From Promethearchaeota archaeon (GTDB lineage Archaea > Asgardarchaeota > Lokiarchaeia > Sigyniarchaeales > SOKP01), in contig JBHLNT010000139.1 of assembly GCA_048941265.1 (NCBI GenBank), positions 1 through 11,024 of the forward strand: DNA of 11,024 nucleotides, read 5' to 3'. The position numbers and the translations under genes were made by a program. The notes beneath the pieces were generated by a model. That model saw nothing but the letters and a program-made list of their open reading frames with translations, searched no databases and was not told the origin of the DNA. Each line of letters starts with the position of its first letter. Position 1 is the first letter of the stretch. Below, piece by piece: positions 1-5,833 of the stretch.

Positions 1-1
1 G

Positions 2-205
2 ATGCAGAATGTTAAATATCAAGCTTCAAAATATTCAAACATCTTAGAAAGTTCGATAGGTTTAACCTTCCTAATTACTCCTATACTTGCTGCTTATTTA
101 GCGAGTAATGACTTAACTCTTGCGTTTTACATAATTTCATTGGGATTCACCGTATTTTTAGTTAGTAGTCTAATACTGCTAAGAAATTTACAAACAGAAG
201 AATAA
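2..205 (+). CDS. C-terminal fragment of a membrane protein, probably an MFS-type transporter (likely 5'-truncated by the window edge)
   Basis: The frame is open from the window start. It has two hydrophobic helices (IGLTFLITPILAAYLA; LAFYIISLGFTVFLVSSLILL) resembling MFS TM11-TM12, ends in TAATAA and is followed by a T-tract. Confidence 0.55.
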   Translation: MQNVKYQASKYSNILESSIGLTFLITPILAAYLASNDLTLAFYIISLGFTVFLVSSLILLRNLQTEE

Positions 206-249
206 TAAAAATTTTTTTTTTTAATAATATAATGGCGCCCACAGCGGGA

Positions 250-282
250 TTTTCATCATGTGTGGAGTGCACACAGCTTGAC
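250..282 (-). other. tRNA intron 2 (33 nt) at position 59/60 in the T-loop, canonical BHB motif
   Basis: The T-stem GCGGG/CCCGC encloses a 4-bp helix TTCA/TGAA with 3-nt bulges AA|G and AA|T. Inside are the stems TCA/TGA and TGTGTG/CACACA. Splicing restores the TTCAAAT loop. Confidence 0.92.
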
Positions 283-297
283 TTTGAACCCGCGTCG

Positions 298-325
298 TTC
301 TCCTCGATTGGTTTACCAGATCAAA
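298..325 (-). other. tRNA intron 1 (28 nt) at position 43/44, relaxed BHB (BHL-like) motif
   Basis: The 4-bp helix CTCC/GGAG is flanked by TG|T and AA|C, and the intron forms the hairpin TTGAT..TGG TAAA CCA..ATCGA. Cleaving after the second bulge nucleotide on each side restores TCCTG-CGAC exactly. Confidence 0.85.
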
Positions 326-555
326 CAGGAGTGACAGTCCCGAATGCTAGACCGAGCTACACTATGTGGGCGGAAAAGTGAAAGATCAAAAAATTATGTA
401 ACAAAAGGAGTAATTAAAAACTTAAAAATTTTATTCTAACTCGAAAATTTAAGCAAGTTTTAAAGTAAAAGTTTAATTCTTTTTTAGTTTTAATTTATAA
501 TGACATATTTATTTGATACATACTTTAAATTAATCTTTTAAAAGACGTAAAGAAA

Positions 556-996
556 TTGTCCAAAAATAAGATTTTTGATTCAATCGTAGAACAACTAACT
601 GATCCTAAACAGAATACAGCTGATATAATAGACAGATTTATAAAATTTGTAGTAAAATTGGTAAATAGTGCTGAAGAATTTCAAGTAGAACTAATAAATA
701 AGGATATTATCTATCAGATGAGTATAACCGATATTCGATTTACCTTCTGTTTGACGGTTGATAATGGGAAGGTAATTTATAAAAGAGGATTCAATGAGAG
801 AGCAACTCTACAAGCTGAAATTTCATTAGATCAAGTGATAAGAATGCTTAAAGGTGAATTAAAGGCAATGGATGATTATATGAAAGGAAAGATTAAAGCA
901 TATGGGACTCTTGACCATGGATTATTATTTATCAGGATATTTAGATTATTTATTGAGTATCTTAATGCAACAACTGAAAAGAACCTAAAAGATTAA
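556..996 (+). CDS. SCP2 sterol/lipid-binding domain protein
   Basis: It carries an SCP2-type C-terminal pattern (LTVDNGKV...ATLQAEISLDQVIRMLKGELKAMDDYMKGKIKAYG). The TTG start is uncertain. Confidence 0.85.
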   Translation: MSKNKIFDSIVEQLTDPKQNTADIIDRFIKFVVKLVNSAEEFQVELINKDIIYQMSITDIRFTFCLTVDNGKVIYKRGFNERATLQAEISLDQVIRMLKGELKAMDDYMKGKIKAYGTLDHGLLFIRIFRLFIEYLNATTEKNLKD

Positions 997-1123
997 AAAA
1001 CTTGTTAAAAACTTCCAAAAACTTAAAAATTTTTAGAGTCAATTAGTTAACAATTTATTAACCCCATAAATCCATTTTAACATACTTATAATAGAAAACT
1101 ATAAATATTTTAAAAAGTACAAT

Positions 1124-1630
1124 TTGTTTATAGAGAAACCTTATTTATCTAATATTGAATCAGTAAACAGAGAACTTGCAGTGTTAAGTACATATTCCAT
1201 TGACACAATCATAAATAAATTAAACGAAAGCGATCAAGACGTAGTGGGAATCCTTGATAAGTTTATTCATTTTGGAATTGAATTAATTCAAACTACTGAT
1301 GAGTTATTGGAAGAAATTATTGATATTGATGCAATATATCAATTCCATATTACTGATTTAAGATTTAATTTTTGGATAGGTGTTTCTAAAGGAAAAATCA
1401 CATACAAAAAAGGATTTAAGAATGATACTTCAATCCGAATTTTTTTCACCCGGGATTTGATATTAAAAATATTTAAGGGGGATATTTCGGGAACTGAAGC
1501 ATATATGAAAGGATGGATGAAAGTGAATGGAAATCTTTCTCATGCGTTTAAAGTTAAAAATTTTCTGAGACTTTTAATAGATTATATGAATGTAATCTCG
1601 AAAGGCAAGAAAAATATTCTTCGTTCTTAA
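1124..1630 (+). CDS. SCP2 sterol/lipid-binding domain protein, tandem paralog of 556..996
   Basis: It has the same pattern (IGVSKGKITYKKG...KIFKGDISGTEAYMKGWMKVNG) and aligns with the neighbour (IYQMSITDIRFTF vs IYQFHITDLRFNF). The TTG start is uncertain. Confidence 0.85.
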   Translation: MFIEKPYLSNIESVNRELAVLSTYSIDTIINKLNESDQDVVGILDKFIHFGIELIQTTDELLEEIIDIDAIYQFHITDLRFNFWIGVSKGKITYKKGFKNDTSIRIFFTRDLILKIFKGDISGTEAYMKGWMKVNGNLSHAFKVKNFLRLLIDYMNVISKGKKNILRS

Positions 1631-1774
1631 AATTGATATGTGCTTGAGGAAAATTATCTTTTTAAAGTTCTTTAATGGTTTATAAAAATGTTTTTTAGAA
1701 ATACTAGATAAAAATATTATAATAAAACTAATTTTCTTAATATTATCCTTCCAGATTATAGGGTTATTAAATTA

Positions 1775-1849
1775 GGGCCTGTAATCTAGTCTGGATAGGG
1801 TACCCGGCTTCGGACTGGGATGTCGCAGGTTCGAATCCTGCCAGGCCCG
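1775..1849 (+). tRNA. tRNA-Arg(TCG), intronless, CCA not encoded
   Basis: GGGCCTG TA ATCT AGTCTGGATA GGGT A CCCGG CT-TCG-GA CTGGG ATGTC GCAGG TTCGAAT CCTGC CAGGCCC G. The anticodon is at 1810-1812, the A20 Arg identity base follows GG, and a T-tract follows the gene. Confidence 0.96.
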
Positions 1850-2160
1850 TTTTTTATCTTTTCAACGTATGAAAAGTGAATAATTTGTTGTTAATCTTAG
1901 CTTTTATTCCTATTGCTTCAATACCAAAAATAATTTATACACATTTATGTAGAAGAATTTGTAAAAAATCATATATTTTCCATAGAATTATAAAAAATCT
2001 GAAACATATCTCTCTTTATACAAATCTTTTACATTGAATTATAATTTATATTAAATAGAATGTTATACGTGCCTATAAAACATACAATAACTTATCAAGG
2101 AAAGCTTAAGTAAGAATTTTAGTATTAACTATAAAACACATTTATATCATAACACAAGAA

Positions 2161-2166
2161 AGGTGA
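2161..2166 (+). promoter_or_regulatory. Shine-Dalgarno site (AGGTGA) of the 104-aa ORF
   Basis: An archaeal-type GGTGA ends 6 nt before ATG 2173. Confidence 0.7.
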
Positions 2167-2172
2167 CAATTA

Positions 2173-2487
2173 ATGCCGGAATTAGAAGTTGGCGAAATGA
2201 TAATCTTAATAATAGCAATTTTTCCTATGACATTTTCTTATTTTGTTGTTAAAGCGAGAAGAGACATTTTAAAATGGTTACCAGGTTATTTCTGTTTTTA
2301 CTTAAATTTCTTATGCACAAATTTGGAAGCATTGGCACTTCCTGATGTATTTAATTTCTTAGAACATTTTTTCCTTATGTTAGCAGGAATTTTCCTAGCT
2401 TCTGCGGTTTTTCATGAGTTCTATACGAAAGTTTTGAATGAAAGAAAAAATCCAATTAAACAACAACGAGGGTTGGTGAGAGAATAA
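2173..2487 (+). CDS. Small 3-TM membrane protein of unknown function, putative partner of the downstream MCP-like protein
   Basis: It has three hydrophobic segments, a basic loop (KARR), a TNLE...FNFLEH motif and a good SD. Its stop codon abuts the next ATG (TAAATG). Confidence 0.8.
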   Translation: MPELEVGEMIILIIAIFPMTFSYFVVKARRDILKWLPGYFCFYLNFLCTNLEALALPDVFNFLEHFFLMLAGIFLASAVFHEFYTKVLNERKNPIKQQRGLVRE

Positions 2488-3303
2488 ATGACTGATTTTG
2501 TTGATGGGGTGTTTAATTTTATTGGAATGCTATTCCTTATAGTATCAATACCTTTAGCAGGTATTTTATATTATAAGAAGCGAACACCAACTAATGCGAT
2601 TTATCTTTTCACTTTGATAGCGGGGACTTTATACCTCCTTGGCAATGTGCTTGATAAATGGGCTCTATGGGACTCTGACTCAGCCGATAAGTTTGCTGAG
2701 CAATTTGCTATGTTTATTGCTGTTGTGGCGTTGTTTTTTGGAGTTATTCCATTTCTTGAGACAAAAATGGAACATCAAACAAAAAAATTGACAAATGTTA
2801 TTGAAACTGCTTCAAATGCGAGTATAAATGTAGCTAATATGGCAACTGAATTAGCAGCAAGCGCTAGCGAGGTCAATGCTTCTTCCGAAGAGATCGCCAG
2901 CACTGCTCAAATAATATCTGCCAATGCTCAAGAAGTTACTTCTTCAACTAATGAATTAAATAATATAATGCATCTGATTAGGAATGTTTCTGAACAAACC
3001 AACCTTTTAGCGCTAAATGCAAGTATAGAAGCAGGGAGAGCGGGGGAATATGGAAGAGGATTTGCTGTCGTAGCTGATGAGGTAAGAAAATTGGCAGAAG
3101 AATCAAAAAAAGCCGTAGCTGAGACAAGCAATAAAATAGATGATATCGTTAGGAAAATTCAAATAACCTCTGGTTCGATGGAGGGGATAAGTGCCTCTAC
3201 AGAGGAGCAGACAGCTTCAATGGAAGAGATTACTGCTACTGCGAATAGGTTGGGTAACTTGGCAGAAGAATTAAAGGGTTCATTATTAAGTACTAAAGAT
3301 TAA
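2488..3303 (+). CDS. Methyl-accepting chemotaxis-like protein (3 TM plus a short MCPsignal domain, no HAMP)
   Basis: It has the hairpin-tip motif [36 protein letters not shown], methylation-like motifs ([23 protein letters not shown]), three N-terminal TM helices, and a GGTGA SD upstream. Confidence 0.93.
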   Translation: MTDFVDGVFNFIGMLFLIVSIPLAGILYYKKRTPTNAIYLFTLIAGTLYLLGNVLDKWALWDSDSADKFAEQFAMFIAVVALFFGVIPFLETKMEHQTKKLTNVIETASNASINVANMATELAASASEVNASSEEIASTAQIISANAQEVTSSTNELNNIMHLIRNVSEQTNLLALNASIEAGRAGEYGRGFAVVADEVRKLAEESKKAVAETSNKIDDIVRKIQITSGSMEGISASTEEQTASMEEITATANRLGNLAEELKGSLLSTKD

Positions 3304-3316
3304 AAAGTAAACAATA

Positions 3317-3326
3317 TTTTTTTTTT
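3317..3326 (+). terminator. Oligo-T archaeal terminator candidate
   Basis: A T10 run lies just after the MCP stop, between convergent genes. Confidence 0.45.
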
Positions 3327-3353
3327 AAACTTTCATTTTTTCTCAAACTATAT

Positions 3354-4205
3354 TTAAATACTTTGACGTTCTTTTAAGATTTGGTTTTCAACATTCTTTA
3401 GATTCTTTAATCCTTGAGTAATTAATTGTTCAGGTGAATCTGCTAGTGGTTTCCAAATATTCCCGAAACCAATATAAAAAGATTCGATAACTAACCATCC
3501 ACTATAATCTATTTTTTTTAAGGCTCTATATACATTTAACCAATCGACTTGTCCTGTTCCCGGAATCCCCCTATTATTTTCAGAAGTATGAAAATGACCC
3601 AAACGTTTCCCTGCCATTATAATCGCATCATATAAATTCAGCTCTTCTAAAATTAAGTGATGAGTGTCAAGAAGAATAAGCATATTTGGTTCTCCTACAT
3701 CTAAGCAGTATTGTAAGGCATCTTTAGTTGTATTAATGAAATATGTCTCATACCTATTAATTTGCTCCACACATATAGAAATATTAAATTGATTTGCATA
3801 TTTAGCTAATTTTTTCATTGAATTAACTGAATGGTTCCATTCTTTTTCAGTAGGAGAAATTCCTGTAAAAATTCCTCCCGCTTTATATACAACACCTCCA
3901 ATTTTGTTTGCTCCCAAAATGTAAGCGTGATCTATAGCTTGTTTAAATCTCTCAATTCCTCTCTTTCTTATATTCCTATCTAAAGATGCGATATCAGAAT
4001 CAATTTCACATCCATAGCATACACATGCTTTTAAATCATACTTCTCAAGTTTATTTTTAACTAATTCAGAAGGAAATTCTTCGGGATTAAAAATTGGTAT
4101 TTCAACCACATCACACCCGAGTTCTTTTACTTTCTTAAATAAATACAAATCCTTTTCGGTAATACGACTTGTCCATAATAACAAATTAACCCCATAGCTG
4201 TACAT
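3354..4205 (-). CDS. D-tagatose/D-psicose 3-epimerase-family (xylose isomerase-like TIM barrel) sugar epimerase
   Basis: The metal and catalytic motifs VEQINRYE, LDTHH, HFHTSENNRGIPGTG and VIESF are present, along with VEIP and GGVVY in the N-terminal half. Confidence 0.88.
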   Translation of the reverse strand: MYSYGVNLLLWTSRITEKDLYLFKKVKELGCDVVEIPIFNPEEFPSELVKNKLEKYDLKACVCYGCEIDSDIASLDRNIRKRGIERFKQAIDHAYILGANKIGGVVYKAGGIFTGISPTEKEWNHSVNSMKKLAKYANQFNISICVEQINRYETYFINTTKDALQYCLDVGEPNMLILLDTHHLILEELNLYDAIIMAGKRLGHFHTSENNRGIPGTGQVDWLNVYRALKKIDYSGWLVIESFYIGFGNIWKPLADSPEQLITQGLKNLKNVENQILKERQSI

Positions 4206-4338
4206 AATTTAAAACCATAGAATAAATTTTTAAATAGTTAAGATATTTAGATTTAAATAATTAGGTTTAAACTAAAATTATTTATAAATTTAAATTTATA
4301 ATTATAAATAATAAACGTTTTTCTAATTTTGTAAGATT

Positions 4339-4695
4339 ATGACTATGTCGATAGATCTTGATTCCATTTTAAATAATTTAATACAAGAATTAGGCTCAAG
4401 CGTCTATTTTATTATAATCAGTTCAGAGAACGGAGTTGTGAGAAAATCGTATATAAATGATGATGAGTTCAATAAAGCATCGATTTCTTTAAATATATCT
4501 CAACTTTACGAATTAGCTGAAGATATAACTGAGGAAATCGGAATTCACAATCCTGATTTTAATATTATCCACTCTGCCAATTATTATATCGTATCAATCA
4601 AGATACTTGAACATATAATCATGCTTCTAACAGAAGATCAAGTGGAAGTTAGACAAATCTTTAACATGATTAATAAAACTGTTAAACCTGACTAA
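4339..4695 (+). CDS. Roadblock/LC7 (MglB-like) domain protein
   Basis: The 118-aa protein follows an alpha-beta-beta-alpha-beta-beta-beta-alpha pattern (LDSILNNL / YFIIISSENGVV / ISQLYELAEDITEEIG / FNIIHS / YIVSIKI / IIMLLT / IFNMINKTV). Confidence 0.72.
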   Translation: MTMSIDLDSILNNLIQELGSSVYFIIISSENGVVRKSYINDDEFNKASISLNISQLYELAEDITEEIGIHNPDFNIIHSANYYIVSIKILEHIIMLLTEDQVEVRQIFNMINKTVKPD

Positions 4696-4737
4696 TACAC
4701 TATTTTATAATAAGAAAGGAAAAAAATTAAAATTATT

Positions 4738-5706
4738 TTACGGAGGGTATCTCAATTCGTAAATACTTTTGCCTCCATTTAGGGGTCCTTTAATGTAGGG
4801 TTCAATTACCTTAGGATCTCTCTGAGTTATACCTTCGATAGGAGGTAATTTACCTGGTGGAAATGTCTTTAAAATATCATTTACTAATTTTTCAAGATAA
4901 TCTAAAAAGGCCTCCATACCAGGTTTACCTTTCTCAAAAGAACCTTTGCTAGGACAGCCAACATGCCCTTCAGGATATGCCGCTACTTCTATTGGTCCGA
5001 AACCAACTTGTCCATACCATCGAATGGGTTTTTGATATACATTTCCTGCTTTATCGACATGCCCCTCTGGCATCCATCCCACTACCTCATTATCTTCACA
5101 GGCATCTATTTTTCTTATCATTTCTGGGAATAAAGTCAATGAAAATGAAGTCTCAGCCTCATCTGCGTGAATAAAAGGAGTCTCAAAGGGTCCTCCATGC
5201 TCCTGATCCTTACAATATTCTGGAATTGCATGATACCAATTAACATTGCAAACAACCATTGGCAATTGATAATTTTTTGCAAACTCATGGATAGCAGAGG
5301 GAATTACATATTCGTGTCCATGTCCATTCAATAAAATCATTTTTCTAAAACCCATATTCCAACAACCAGCCATTACTGAGCGTAAAAGGCTCTTAAAGGT
5401 TTCTTCGGGGACTATGATGGTACCTGGCATTCCTACATGATGATATGGGTGAGAACCATACCAAGTAGGTTGGGCTACTGTACATCCAGTTTTTTGCGCA
5501 ACTAATTCTGCCATTCTTGTTACAAGAAATGTATCTTCACCTATGCATGCCGCGGGACCGTGATTTTCCGTTGAACCTACTGGAATGATTATAACATCGT
5601 TTTCTTTTACTCTTTCTTTAATCTTATCTATGCTCATGGTCTGTAGATATATTCCATCAGGTAAATCCATGTGACCGCCCTTTGGGGGCAAATTCCAATC
5701 AGTCAT
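4738..5706 (-). CDS. iolN: 3-dehydro-scyllo-inosose (diketo-inositol) hydrolase, creatininase family
   Basis: It has the creatininase metal motifs PVGSTENHG..ED, NGHG and HADEAETS. Long segments (GIYLQTM, EDTFLVTRMAE, HPYHHVGMPGT, EGHVDKAGN, GPIEVAAYPEG, LDYLEKLV) match Thermotoga maritima IolN as I recall it. Confidence 0.88.
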   Translation of the reverse strand: MTDWNLPPKGGHMDLPDGIYLQTMSIDKIKERVKENDVIIIPVGSTENHGPAACIGEDTFLVTRMAELVAQKTGCTVAQPTWYGSHPYHHVGMPGTIIVPEETFKSLLRSVMAGCWNMGFRKMILLNGHGHEYVIPSAIHEFAKNYQLPMVVCNVNWYHAIPEYCKDQEHGGPFETPFIHADEAETSFSLTLFPEMIRKIDACEDNEVVGWMPEGHVDKAGNVYQKPIRWYGQVGFGPIEVAAYPEGHVGCPSKGSFEKGKPGMEAFLDYLEKLVNDILKTFPPGKLPPIEGITQRDPKVIEPYIKGPLNGGKSIYELRYPP

Positions 5707-5833
5707 ATTTTACATTTCACTTCCAAAATTTTGTGATATTAATTAATTAAATCTCAAATTAATGTTAAAGTTTTTAATCTTTCAAACAAAGAAAATGAAA
5801 ATATGAATAGAATTAGAAAGTTAAAAAAAAATT

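Larger units (their letters stand above)
233..371 (-). tRNA. tRNA-Asp(GTC) with two non-canonical introns and encoded CCA
   Basis: Removing 298-325 and 250-282 from the reverse complement gives GCCCACA TA GTGT AGCTCGGTCTA GCAT T CGGGA CT-GTC-AC TCCTG CGAC GCGGG TTCAAAT CCCGC TGTGGGC G CCA. This is a complete 78-nt cloverleaf with anticodon GTC and discriminator G73. Confidence 0.95.

Noticed and set aside
233-371. tRNA pseudogene or split tRNA half
   Set aside because: All three exons are colinear, both inserts have splice motifs, and the spliced product is fully paired.
233-1849. tRNA-bounded integrated element carrying the SCP2 genes
   Set aside because: There is no integrase, no duplicated tRNA 3' end, and the two tRNAs are unrelated and point outward.
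1850-2160. Long AT-rich spacer with short repeats (CTATAAAACA twice, ACACATTTAT twice) as a CRISPR or iteron array
   Set aside because: The repeats are only about 10 nt, low in complexity and irregularly spaced.
2485-2487. Selenocysteine or pyrrolysine recoding between the 3-TM ORF and the MCP
   Set aside because: The stop is TAA rather than TGA or TAG, and the downstream ATG has its own SD.
2928-3131. 67-aa minus-strand ORF
   Set aside because: It is the antisense shadow of the conserved MCP tip region.
4977-5174. 65-aa plus-strand ORF
   Set aside because: It lies antisense inside iolN and has no recognisable motif.
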